Shown here piece by piece: positions 16,401 to 25,836 of a stretch of 27,541 bases of DNA; position 1 is the first letter of the stretch, and every line of letters begins with the position of its first letter. The stretch lies in IMG/VR virus record IMGVR_UViG_3300025022_000012, positions 1 to 27,541 of that record. One strand, 5' to 3'. The notes below the pieces were generated by a model. The model ran no database searches, had not been told where the DNA came from, and worked only from the letters and a program-made list of their open reading frames with translations. Source of the DNA: a virus. Taxonomy: Duplodnaviria > Caudoviricetes. The translations under genes were made by a program, and so were the position numbers.

Positions 16401-19400
16401 ATGCCTATCGACATCGTTGAGGATATGAAAGCGAGGAAGTCCGCACTCATAGGAGGCATAGGCGGCGTTGATATTGTGGCCGATCTTGGGAAACGAGCGC
16501 CCTCCGTTGTTAAAGCCACCCCTGAATCAGAAGGCCACTGGCAAGGCTGGATCAAGCCGACGCTGAAGGAAGTCGGGCAGGGCATAGCGGCAACGCCGGA
16601 GGTTATAGGCGGCGTGACCGTAGGAGCTTTGAACTGGATACCGTCGAAGGTTTCAGGTCTGGCTCATTTGCCGTTTGGCCGTGAGGCCGCACAACGAGCA
16701 GAGGAAACAGTGGCCGGAGCACCCGGCAAGATCCCTTTTATCGGGAAATATCTGGGCGCCCCGAAGTCCGAAATCGCCAAACAGTCAATGGATCTTTTGG
16801 GCAAGGGCATTGACGTCGTGACCTACCCGGCCAGAAAAGCCGGAGAGTTTGTCACAGAAAAAGGTTTCCCCCGGGTTGGCTACATCACGCAATTTGCCGG
16901 TGAGCTGTTATCCTTTAAACTGGCTCACATGGGCGGTCGGAAGATCCCCGAATCAATCAGGCTGGCCAACAGCAAGAAAATGGCGAAGCTGAAGACTGAA
17001 GAGCGTCAGGCGGTCAGAGAGATTACACAACAGCGCCTTGACGCGTTGAAAGCCGAGCCCGAACGCCTGGCAGAGCTGGTCAAGTCTGAAAAGTCCATCG
17101 GTGAGGAAGTCGCTCGGCAAAACAAGTTTATCAAGTCATGGGTTGACGAGAACCTTGTACCAAAAACGGAAGCGAAAGCATTGCCACAAGGCCAAGGGTT
17201 TGAGCTTAAAGGCAAGCCATTCGTCCCGCCTCCCCCGAACATGCCCCCTAACGTGCCCGCGCTTCCACCAGGCCAAGGCTTCACGCTCAAGGGCGGCCCT
17301 GTTGATATCGTCGAAGCCATGAAGCCCGAGGCGAAACGGGTCCGTGCAGACCGTCGCTTTGTCAGGCTCAATACCGGAAAGCCCGCTGAGGGCGGCATAG
17401 GGGCCGTTCGCGGCGGAATACTGGAAGGCCGGCGATCAGCACCAGCCGTCTTTGACGAACCAAAACCCTTCGGGAGACTGAAAGTCCCTGGAAAACAAAA
17501 AGAGTCCATCCGCCTGAAAGACCGGATCAAGGAGCTGGGAGGTATCCGGATTATTGGCGACCGCGGCGAGTTCAAGGAGATGCCGCAAAACGTTAAGATG
17601 CTCACCAAGAAAGACGGCATACCGATCGACAAGATGCAAAACGCCCTCATCGATGACGGATATCTTAATGAAGGGGAAAGCCTGCGGGACCTGTTGCGCA
17701 TGAATCCCAAAGACACCCTTAACCGTTTGCGGCCGGATATCGACGTGGGTACGCTCAAGGGCAACCATCTTACGGTAAAAGAGCGAGAAGTCAGGAAGTC
17801 GATGGAGCCGCCTGTTGACGAGATTCCGAAAGAGCTTGAAAACGTTCCGTTTGAGATCGTTGACCGGTACATGAAAGGCGATCTTACGCTTGACCAGGCC
17901 AAGGCCGAGGGCGCGAAGGCAGCGGACGTCATGGACTTCTTTGACCGGAAGGCCCGTAAGTCTGGGGACGTATTGAAAGATATCGGCACAGCCATGGGCG
18001 AGCAAGGGTCCGTAGGCAAAGTCAAGGTGACTCCCGAACAGAAGGCGGCACGGGCAAGGTTGAAACAGGACGCGGAAAAACTGAAGGTTGAAGGGGCTGA
18101 AGCGATTAAGGGGCTCAGCAAGGCGGCGACGCTGATAGGTAGTAAGTCGAAAATTGATGAAGTCAGAGGAAGAATCAAAGAGGCTGGCGCTGATAATTTT
18201 ATATCAGAAAAAAACGGCGTTATAAAGCTGTCTGAAATAAGGGTCGAAAAGAAAAACAGAGGCCAAGGCATAGGGTCTAAGGCCATGAAAATTCTTACCG
18301 ATTACGCTGATGAAACAGGCCAAAAAATAGTATTAACGCCGTCAACAGACTTCGGGGCAACGTCAGTTGGAAGGTTAAAAAAGTTCTATAGGGGGAGCCT
18401 CGCAAATTACGACAACCAAAGTACACGCGAATGGTTAAGGGGCCAAGCACCACCGCCAGATGGAAAACTGACGCTTTATCGCGCAACGCCTGAAGGCAAA
18501 GAGATTAAACCCGGTGATTTGGACGATATTTATCCGGCTGATGGACCTGGTGAGTTCTGGTATGCCCCAAAGTCGTTGGATAAACCCCGAAAAACAACAT
18601 TATTCCCTGAATCAAACAGGCTATCCCGTATCGACCGGAAGGGCGGATCCTGGCAGGCCATCCAACGAGAAAACCCGGGCGTAAAGGATTGGGATGGTGA
18701 AATAACTATTTACCGGACCACGGTGGGCGACGCGATCCGGCCCAACGATTTTGTAGCGATCAATCGCAACGTTGCCACGTCTCACCTGAAAAACTTCAAA
18801 GGCCGCGGTGAAGCTGGTAAAATAGTTGAAATGCGCGTTAAGGCCAAAGATCTTTTGATGGCCAACGACGCGACGGAGTTTATTTACTCACCCCCCAAGC
18901 CTGCACCCCAGCCGGGCAAGGCTGGGAGTTCGTTCATTTCCAAAACCCTCTCCGACGAATCCGGCAAGATCGATCTCAAGCCCCTCACCGACAAAGTTAA
19001 AAACGCCACCCGGGACGTCAAGGACGCCATTTCAGACATCGGCCTTGCGGCTGACAAGTTGTTAGGCCCGATCAGCACCCGCTTAGGCAACATTCACCCA
19101 TCTTTAAAAGCCAATATCCGAAAATTTGAACATACCAGACTGACGAAGATCGTGGAGGCCACAGAGCGCATACTACCCTTTTTAAACAAGGTCAAAGGCA
19201 TGAGTCGGGACGACAAGGCCGCGTTTGACCTGGCCCGCAAGAACGGTGACGCCAAGACCCTGCAAATCATGATCCGGAAATACAACATGGGCAAAGAATA
19301 TAGCGCGGCCCGGAAGCTACTTGACCAGTTTCACAATGAGGCCGTTTCTGTCGGGTACGATGTAAACTATACACAGCATTATCACCCGAGAGTTTTAAAA

Positions 19401-20906
19401 GACCCCAAAGGCTTTTTAAAGCACTTTTACAGGTCCAAAGACTGGCCCGTCATGAAACAGGCGATCAAGGAACGGGCCGAGAAGATAGGCCGGGCCTTAA
19501 CCGAGGACGAAAAGGCACAGCTCATAAACAACATGCTCAGAGGTTTTAAGAGCGGCCAGATCAGTTTATCAGCTCCAGGTCAACTTAAAGCGCGGACGGT
19601 GCCCACGGTAACGCCCGAGCTTAACAAGTTTTACATGGACTCAGACGGCGCCCTGTTGCGGTACATCGCGCACGTAACCGACGCCATTGAGGGAAGGCGG
19701 TTTTTCGGAAAGAAGGCCAAGGGTGAAAAGATTGAGCTTGGCGACATGAGCGACACCATAGGCGGATATGTTTCGCGTCTGCTGGATCAAAACCTGATCA
19801 AGCCGGAGCAAGAACCGATTATCAGGGATATCTTAAACGCCCGGTTTAACGAGCGCGGAACCCATGGCATGGTTGGGTTATATAAAAACCTGTCCTACAT
19901 CGACACTATGGGCAGCCCGATATCAGCCATTACGCAGATTGGGGATTTGTGTTGGGCACTTTATCAGAACCCGAGAGAGGCCGCCAGGGCGACAGGCAAA
20001 GCGATCCTTAACCGGTCAGAAATAAAAAAAGCCGACATTGGCATTGACCGGATCGCGGAGGAGTTTGCCGACACGTCCAAGATGGCCAGAGCGGTCGATA
20101 AAGTATTCAAGACAGTCGGGATTGATAAAGTTGATATGATCGGGAAAGAAGCCCTGATCAACTCCACGCTGGCAAAAGAGCGTAGGCTATCGCAGACCGA
20201 GGCGGGCCGGAAGGTGTTAAGGGCCAGGCTTGAACCCATATTCGAGAAAGAAACCGGCGCTCTGATTAAAGACCTGCAGGAAGGCCGGGTTACGCAAAAC
20301 GTCAAGCTGCACCTATTCAACACGCTGTCCGACTTCGAGCCCATCAGCCTGTCTGAGATGCCCGAGGTTTACCTCAAGACAGGCAATGGCAGGTTATTCT
20401 ACATGCTCAAGACCTTCACCATCAAGCAATTTGATATTTACCGGCGCGAAACTTTTCAGCTTATCGCAAAGCCTGAGACGCGAGTACAGGGCATAAAAAA
20501 CCTGGTATGGCTGACGTCAACCTTCGCGGCTGCAAACGCCAGTGCGGACCTGATTAAAGCCGTGATTTTGAACAGGCCCATCAAGGGTGACGACATATTT
20601 TGGGACAACGTTTTAAGGCTGGTCGGCATGTCCAAGTTTGTTACCTGGAAGATCCGGGAGGAAGGGCTTGGCACAGGGGCTACGAGGATGTTTTTGCCTC
20701 CGGTTAAAGCAATCGACGCGGCGACAAAGGATATTGTGCGAGCCGGTGACGGCAAGGGCATGGAAATTACGGCGTCGATACCTTACGCCGGCAAGTTTTA
20801 TTACTGGTGGTTTGGCAAAGGGGCCGGGAAGTCGGAGCGGAGGCGCAAGGAGGCGGGCAAGCTGAAAGGGCTGAAGGGACTGGAAGGGAACTTGAAGGGG
20901 TTATGA
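16401..20906 (+). CDS. Large internal virion / polyvalent protein (1501 aa) with GNAT-like and ART-like modules
   Basis: IRVEKKNRGQGIGSKAM...LKKFY (GNAT acetyl-CoA motif A); two T(L/I)YR.....I(K/R)P(G/N)D...EF(W/I)Y modules; long helical C-terminal region typical of large podoviral ejection proteins. Confidence 0.75.
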   Translation: MPIDIVEDMKARKSALIGGIGGVDIVADLGKRAPSVVKATPESEGHWQGWIKPTLKEVGQGIAATPEVIGGVTVGALNWIPSKVSGLAHLPFGREAAQRAEETVAGAPGKIPFIGKYLGAPKSEIAKQSMDLLGKGIDVVTYPARKAGEFVTEKGFPRVGYITQFAGELLSFKLAHMGGRKIPESIRLANSKKMAKLKTEERQAVREITQQRLDALKAEPERLAELVKSEKSIGEEVARQNKFIKSWVDENLVPKTEAKALPQGQGFELKGKPFVPPPPNMPPNVPALPPGQGFTLKGGPVDIVEAMKPEAKRVRADRRFVRLNTGKPAEGGIGAVRGGILEGRRSAPAVFDEPKPFGRLKVPGKQKESIRLKDRIKELGGIRIIGDRGEFKEMPQNVKMLTKKDGIPIDKMQNALIDDGYLNEGESLRDLLRMNPKDTLNRLRPDIDVGTLKGNHLTVKEREVRKSMEPPVDEIPKELENVPFEIVDRYMKGDLTLDQAKAEGAKAADVMDFFDRKARKSGDVLKDIGTAMGEQGSVGKVKVTPEQKAARARLKQDAEKLKVEGAEAIKGLSKAATLIGSKSKIDEVRGRIKEAGADNFISEKNGVIKLSEIRVEKKNRGQGIGSKAMKILTDYADETGQKIVLTPSTDFGATSVGRLKKFYRGSLANYDNQSTREWLRGQAPPPDGKLTLYRATPEGKEIKPGDLDDIYPADGPGEFWYAPKSLDKPRKTTLFPESNRLSRIDRKGGSWQAIQRENPGVKDWDGEITIYRTTVGDAIRPNDFVAINRNVATSHLKNFKGRGEAGKIVEMRVKAKDLLMANDATEFIYSPPKPAPQPGKAGSSFISKTLSDESGKIDLKPLTDKVKNATRDVKDAISDIGLAADKLLGPISTRLGNIHPSLKANIRKFEHTRLTKIVEATERILPFLNKVKGMSRDDKAAFDLARKNGDAKTLQIMIRKYNMGKEYSAARKLLDQFHNEAVSVGYDVNYTQHYHPRVLKDPKGFLKHFYRSKDWPVMKQAIKERAEKIGRALTEDEKAQLINNMLRGFKSGQISLSAPGQLKARTVPTVTPELNKFYMDSDGALLRYIAHVTDAIEGRRFFGKKAKGEKIELGDMSDTIGGYVSRLLDQNLIKPEQEPIIRDILNARFNERGTHGMVGLYKNLSYIDTMGSPISAITQIGDLCWALYQNPREAARATGKAILNRSEIKKADIGIDRIAEEFADTSKMARAVDKVFKTVGIDKVDMIGKEALINSTLAKERRLSQTEAGRKVLRARLEPIFEKETGALIKDLQEGRVTQNVKLHLFNTLSDFEPISLSEMPEVYLKTGNGRLFYMLKTFTIKQFDIYRRETFQLIAKPETRVQGIKNLVWLTSTFAAANASADLIKAVILNRPIKGDDIFWDNVLRLVGMSKFVTWKIREEGLGTGATRMFLPPVKAIDAATKDIVRAGDGKGMEITASIPYAGKFYYWWFGKGAGKSERRRKEAGKLKGLKGLEGNLKGL

Positions 20907-20956
20907 TAATTAAACCGAACCTTTGGCAACGGCAGGAAGGTGCGACGGGTTAAGAT

Positions 20957-23302
20957 ATGACAATTTTTTATCTCGATTACGAACTTGGCAATGATGCGAA
21001 CGATGGTTTATCGTGGGCAACTGCATGGAAAACCATCACGAACGGCGCTACGGCGGCAAGGATAGCGCCAGCTGATGTTATTCGTATTGCTAAAAGTCCG
21101 GCGCCTGTTTCTCTTGGTACGACCGGGGTTTGGACTAATTTATCTAAAACAGTAACCCTTGGGGTGGCTCAAACTCTTAATATCGATTTATGCGAAGCTG
21201 TTTGGACTGCTATTGCCGGCGGAGACACAACCCCCGCTCTTGTTGCAGTAGCAACCGATGCTAAACAAGGTGATAACTGTGTCCGACTAACATTGGATGC
21301 TGCTCCTCAGACAAGCGTAGGACAGGCATATTACGCCACGGGCACATTAGATTTATCCGCTTATCAAAAGATTTCTTTCTGGATTAAAAATTCGGCTGCC
21401 ATTGTAGCAAATAACTGGAAGGTTTGTTTATGTTCTGATGTGGCCGGGGCTACGGTAGTTGATACTTTTCTTATTCCAGCCATTCCTTCAACAGCAAGAT
21501 GGCTTCCCTTAACTCTTGCAAGAGAAGGAGGTGGCAATTTAGGGGCGGCAATCCAATCAATTGCTATTTACACTGATACGGTTGCACCAACTGCTTCAAG
21601 TAATATTCTTATTGATGACTTTATCGCTTGCACGGCTGCCGGGCTTAATCTTCAAAGTTTAATCTCCAAAAATTCCGCCGAGCAGGGTGGGACAGAAGGC
21701 TGGTATGGAATACAAAGTATAAATGGGGTTACGGTTTTATTGGACAATGATACAAATACCAAAGCCAATGCAGGTAGGGGATATTCTGGCACAACAGAAA
21801 CCGTAACTACTTATAAAAGGGAGACTATCAAAACTGTATTGGCTTCTGCTGATTCAACTCAAGTTCAAGTGGTTCAAGATAGCGGGATTCTAGGAAGCAA
21901 TATAGAATTTCAGGGTGGTTGGAATACATCTACTACTGTTCAAGAAGGAGAAACATTTTTTGACGGGCTGAATGGAAATGGGTATGGGATTTATTTAAAC
22001 ACTAAATCTTATATTACTTTGAATTATTTGAATATCTGCAGATACAATTCTGGTATCTACTACAACAACAGCAATAACAATTCTATAATCACCCTGAGCA
22101 ATGCAAATAATAATTATTATGGTGTCTACTACAACAACAGCAATAACAATTCTATAATCACCCTGAGCAATGCAAATAATAATAATTATTATGGTGTCTA
22201 CCACTACAACAGCAATAACAATTCTATAACCACCCTGAGCAATGCAAATAATAATAATTATTCTGGTGTCTACTACTACAACAGCAATAACAATTCTATA
22301 ATCACCCTGAGCAATGCAAATAATAATTATTATGGTGTCTACCACTACAACAGCAATAACAATTCTATAACCACCCTGAGCAATGCAAATAATTATTATT
22401 CTGGTATCTACTACTACAACAGCAATAACAATTCTATAATCACCCTGAGCAATGCAAATAATAATTATTATGGTGTCTACTACTACAACAGCAATAACAA
22501 TTCTATAATCACCCTGAGCAATGCAAATAATAATAATTATTCTGGTATCTACTACAACAACAGCAATAACAATTCTATAATCACCCTGAGCAATGTAAAT
22601 AATAATGATAATTATGGTGTCTGCTACAACAACAGCAGTAACAATTCTATAACCACCCTGAGCAATGCAAATAATAATTATTATGGTGTCTACTACAACA
22701 ACAGCAATAACAATTCTATAACATTACTTTCAACAACAGGAAATAAGACAGCAGGTATTTATAACAATAGAGGAATAAACTATATATCAAACGCCTTAAT
22801 CGCTGAAGCAACAGAAGTTACTGGATATGTTGCTTTTATCAATTCCCGCATTTTTTCCAATAAGCATGATCAAACCGCAGACAATCATTGGATATTTACC
22901 GATGGCGGGACAATAAACAGTCAAGCCACAACAAGGCATACAGCATCTGGAATTGCATGGAAGTTTGTAATTACTTCTTCAAATAGGTCCTCATCCTATC
23001 CGCTTGATTTGAGCATCGCAAAGATTGCGGTTGCGGCGAATGCTTTGGTAACAGTAAAGGTTTGGGTGTATAAAGACTCGGCGGCTGGCGTGGCAGCAAA
23101 ATTAGTTTGCAGGGGAGGGCAAATTGCAGGTGTGCCAGACGATGTCACAGCATTGGCAGCGGACGTTTTGCAAACATGGGAAGAGCTTACAATCACATTT
23201 ACACCAACGGAGGCGGGGGTTATAGAAATTGAGGGTTGGGGATATTATGTGACAGAGAACTCTAATGTTTATTTTGACGATATGACGATTTCACAGGCAT
23301 AA
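20957..23302 (+). CDS. Tail spike/fibre, putative receptor-binding protein with parallel beta-helix repeats
   Basis: N-terminal YLDYELGNDANDGLSWATAWKTI motif; G(I/V)Y...S.NNSI..L.N.NNN.Y repeats (PbH1/NosD-like); C-terminal carbohydrate-binding-like sandwich (WEELTITFTP...VYFDDMTISQ); visibly AT-rich. Confidence 0.8.
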   Translation: MTIFYLDYELGNDANDGLSWATAWKTITNGATAARIAPADVIRIAKSPAPVSLGTTGVWTNLSKTVTLGVAQTLNIDLCEAVWTAIAGGDTTPALVAVATDAKQGDNCVRLTLDAAPQTSVGQAYYATGTLDLSAYQKISFWIKNSAAIVANNWKVCLCSDVAGATVVDTFLIPAIPSTARWLPLTLAREGGGNLGAAIQSIAIYTDTVAPTASSNILIDDFIACTAAGLNLQSLISKNSAEQGGTEGWYGIQSINGVTVLLDNDTNTKANAGRGYSGTTETVTTYKRETIKTVLASADSTQVQVVQDSGILGSNIEFQGGWNTSTTVQEGETFFDGLNGNGYGIYLNTKSYITLNYLNICRYNSGIYYNNSNNNSIITLSNANNNYYGVYYNNSNNNSIITLSNANNNNYYGVYHYNSNNNSITTLSNANNNNYSGVYYYNSNNNSIITLSNANNNYYGVYHYNSNNNSITTLSNANNYYSGIYYYNSNNNSIITLSNANNNYYGVYYYNSNNNSIITLSNANNNNYSGIYYNNSNNNSIITLSNVNNNDNYGVCYNNSSNNSITTLSNANNNYYGVYYNNSNNNSITLLSTTGNKTAGIYNNRGINYISNALIAEATEVTGYVAFINSRIFSNKHDQTADNHWIFTDGGTINSQATTRHTASGIAWKFVITSSNRSSSYPLDLSIAKIAVAANALVTVKVWVYKDSAAGVAAKLVCRGGQIAGVPDDVTALAADVLQTWEELTITFTPTEAGVIEIEGWGYYVTENSNVYFDDMTISQA
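22052..22722 (+). repeat. Intragenic tandem array: 9 full and 1 partial units of 69 or 72 bp
   Basis: Units start at 22052, 22121, 22193, 22265, 22334, 22403, 22472, 22544, 22616 and 22685; consensus ggt rtc tac yac wac aac agc aat aac aat tct ata ayc acc ctg agc aat gca (aat)n tat tmt. Confidence 0.98.
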
Positions 23303-23306
23303 TAAT

Positions 23307-23600
23307 ATGAAAATAATTGAACAATACAAAGACATGGCAGGGAAGTACAGGACGATGATTGATATTGGAAATGGTGAAACCATCATGCTTAAATTTCAAC
23401 AAATGACAAATAACGAGATTATTTTACAGGAGGCACGAAAGGTGATAAGAACCCGGTTAAAAGCTGAAGATCTCAAGATTAAACTGGCTGAGGTTAATAA
23501 TCAGATTGCGGCATTGATTGTAACGAAGACAGAACTGACGGCGAAAATTGCCCTTTCAAAGGTTGGAGAAAAAATAAATGGCTCTGGTTACTCCAGATAG
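23307..23600 (+). CDS. Hypothetical protein (97 aa) with C-terminal coiled coil, possible spike chaperone
   Basis: Immediately follows the spike gene in the same AT-rich block. Confidence 0.7.
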   Translation: MKIIEQYKDMAGKYRTMIDIGNGETIMLKFQQMTNNEIILQEARKVIRTRLKAEDLKIKLAEVNNQIAALIVTKTELTAKIALSKVGEKINGSGYSR

Positions 23601-23772
23601 CTTAAAAACGATGGACTGGGCCTTTCATGGACAGCCGTTTGTTAACGTCCCGGTGAAGGCGGCGATTGATGTCAAAACGATGGATTATGCCTTTCAAGGA
23701 CAGCCATTTGTCGTAAATTACGGCGTTTCATTTAACATAGGTTCGCCCTGGAACTATTATGCTCAGCAGTAA
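23578..23772 (+). CDS. Small protein (64 aa) with duplicated KTMD(W/Y)AF(H/Q)GQPFV motif
   Basis: GGAG SD; the two copies at 23605 and 23674 include synonymous differences, which supports coding. Confidence 0.75.
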   Translation: MALVTPDSLKTMDWAFHGQPFVNVPVKAAIDVKTMDYAFQGQPFVVNYGVSFNIGSPWNYYAQQ

Positions 23773-23783
23773 AGGAGGCTTGA

Positions 23784-25184
23784 ATGCCTGATGTATGGAT
23801 GGATGTTAATGTGGCCCTTGCAGAGGTTCCAGTGAACATACTTCCTCTGATTGACGACACGGATTTTAAAAGTCGGGAAACTGCTCTTGCGTATAATCAG
23901 GCAGGTATGGACTTAGTCTGGAACTTTGTCACGTCAGCAGGGGCAATGACGCAGACTGCTGTCATGCCTACAACTGCTGATGTACACGATTGGACAAATC
24001 AAGGCGATGGCATGTACACCCTTGAAATACCGGCGTCTGGAGGCACGATCAACAACGATACAGAAGGTTTTGGGTGGTTTACAGGTTACTGCACCGGTGT
24101 CCTTCCTTGGCGTGGGCCGATCATCGGATTCCGGCGTGCAGCATTAAATGATCTTCTGATTGAAGGCGGAACGGCTTCTACGAACCTTGAAGACTTCTTC
24201 GACGGTACAGGGTATGCTGGCGGTACGGCAAAGCTTCAAGTTGACCTACAGACAATCAAAACGCAAGGCGTAACATGCGCGGCTGGTGTTACTGTCCTTA
24301 CATCTGTCGGCACGGCAGCAACCTCAACGGCTCAAACAGGAGACTCTTATGCGATAGTCAATGGAGAATCAGGACTTGTAACGATTGATGCAGTTGTCGA
24401 TTCAATTAAGGTGATGACAGATAAAATAGGAACTATTACAAACACAGGAGGAACCGCAACGATTGGGGCGATTCTTGGGGATTTTGAAGCTACAACTTTG
24501 GCGACTCGCATTGGTGTAATAAACAACAATGTGGAGAACGTTCCGACCGTTGCTGAGTTTGAAGCCCGGACAATTGTTGCGGCAAACTATTTCGACCCGG
24601 CAGCCGATATCGTGGCCCACGTCACCCTTGTTGATACGACCACGACCAACACAGATATGGTTGCAGCAGCACCATCAGTGGCGAGTATTGCCGATGCAGT
24701 TTGGGACGAGGCAATAGCTGATCATGCAGACGTCGGGAGCGCTGGCGCAGCCCTGTCAGCAGCGGGAGGATCGGGCGACCCGTGGGCAACCGCCCTGCCC
24801 GGAACTTACGAAGCGGGAACTGCAGGGAAGATCATCGGTGATAACATCAATGCGCCGATCGGAACGGTTGACACCGTGGCTGATGCAATCAAGTCCGTGA
24901 CCGACCTGATACCCAACGCGGGGGCCATGAGTGACCTGGCCACCCTGGCAAGCCGGTTGTCGGCAGCCCGGGCCGGATACCTTGACGAGCTGAACGCGGC
25001 CACATCCGGGAAAGCGGCTTATTATATCGCAAAACTGGCAACCGACGTGCTGAATAAAAAGATAATTACCGAGACCAACGGCAATACGGAACAATTCAAC
25101 GACGCGGACGGGAGCCTCGGATCAATCGCGTCAGCATACGCCAGCGACGGCACATACACGACACGAAAAAGGATGGTGATCTGA
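23784..25184 (+). CDS. Putative tail fibre / virion structural protein (466 aa)
   Basis: AAGGAGG SD; T/A/G-rich with IADAVWDEA..DH and GDPW...LPG.Y..GTAG motifs seen in phage fibre-like proteins. Confidence 0.7.
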   Translation: MPDVWMDVNVALAEVPVNILPLIDDTDFKSRETALAYNQAGMDLVWNFVTSAGAMTQTAVMPTTADVHDWTNQGDGMYTLEIPASGGTINNDTEGFGWFTGYCTGVLPWRGPIIGFRRAALNDLLIEGGTASTNLEDFFDGTGYAGGTAKLQVDLQTIKTQGVTCAAGVTVLTSVGTAATSTAQTGDSYAIVNGESGLVTIDAVVDSIKVMTDKIGTITNTGGTATIGAILGDFEATTLATRIGVINNNVENVPTVAEFEARTIVAANYFDPAADIVAHVTLVDTTTTNTDMVAAAPSVASIADAVWDEAIADHADVGSAGAALSAAGGSGDPWATALPGTYEAGTAGKIIGDNINAPIGTVDTVADAIKSVTDLIPNAGAMSDLATLASRLSAARAGYLDELNAATSGKAAYYIAKLATDVLNKKIITETNGNTEQFNDADGSLGSIASAYASDGTYTTRKRMVI

Positions 25185-25711
25185 TGATGATCAACCCTCG
25201 AAGGCTATGGGATCAGGAAGGCTACGGCCAGGATAACGCGTTTGATCGGTCGATACAGTATATTTACCTAATGGGCGAAAAAGGGAAGGTCCCTGTCCAG
25301 GGCATCAACGCCGTGATCGCTGAATTTTTCGTTGAGATCGCAAACGGCAAAAAATACCCCTTGGACAAATGCCCGTGCGGGTGCGGGATCGATAAGAGCG
25401 GTACGGCCGCAATCCATGAGCTTGTCAGCCGGCTGGAAAAGATCAAGGTGGACATTGAGACGACCCAGGCGGATTTGATAGAGGCTCGGGTCAACATGGC
25501 GATCGAAAAATATATCGAGACCAAAAACGCAGAGTATATTGAAAGCGAGCGGGCCAAGTGGGAGATCCCGCCGACCAGGTGGGAAAAACTCAAGACGACC
25601 ATGACCGATTGGGACAGCAGCCAGACGGTCAGAGCGTACAGAAAGGTTAAGAATGGACTGGTTCGCAATACTGAGCCTGGGGGCATACCCGGACCCGACG
25701 CCGACGAATAA
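25184..25711 (+). CDS. Hypothetical protein (175 aa) with CPCGCG motif
   Basis: TGATG coupling to the upstream gene; CPCGCG plus a nearby His may bind metal. Confidence 0.75.
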   Translation: MMINPRRLWDQEGYGQDNAFDRSIQYIYLMGEKGKVPVQGINAVIAEFFVEIANGKKYPLDKCPCGCGIDKSGTAAIHELVSRLEKIKVDIETTQADLIEARVNMAIEKYIETKNAEYIESERAKWEIPPTRWEKLKTTMTDWDSSQTVRAYRKVKNGLVRNTEPGGIPGPDADE

Positions 25712-25832
25712 GGCACGGTCACTTTTAGCGGCATCCCTCGGGCTGTTAAGCAACGCCGGGGCGCCGGTTGTTACGGTTTTCAGACGCGTAAAATGGTTAA
25801 CGACCTTCACGGCACTCAGGAAAAGGAGATAA
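25653..25832 (+). CDS. Small protein not in the track (59 aa, MDWFAILSLGAYPDPTPTNKARSLLAASLGLLSNAGAPVVTVFRRVKWLTTFTALRKRR)
   Basis: GAAAGG SD at 25641-25646, ATG 25653, TAA 25830-25832; fills the gap up to the ATG at 25837. Confidence 0.65.
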   Translation: MDWFAILSLGAYPDPTPTNKARSLLAASLGLLSNAGAPVVTVFRRVKWLTTFTALRKRR

Positions 25833-25836
25833 AAAA

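Noticed and set aside
17006-18286. 426-aa minus-strand ORF and the other minus-strand ORFs in the track
   Set aside because: Antisense shadows of well-supported + strand genes, with S/F/L-rich composition and no recognisable motifs.
20862-20903. Short ctgaaggg-like repeats encoding LKGLKGLEGNLKGL
   Set aside because: Low-complexity C-terminal tail with no further support for a function.
22052-22722. Possible CRISPR array
   Set aside because: Units are contiguous, in frame within a CDS, and have no unique spacers; no cas genes are present.
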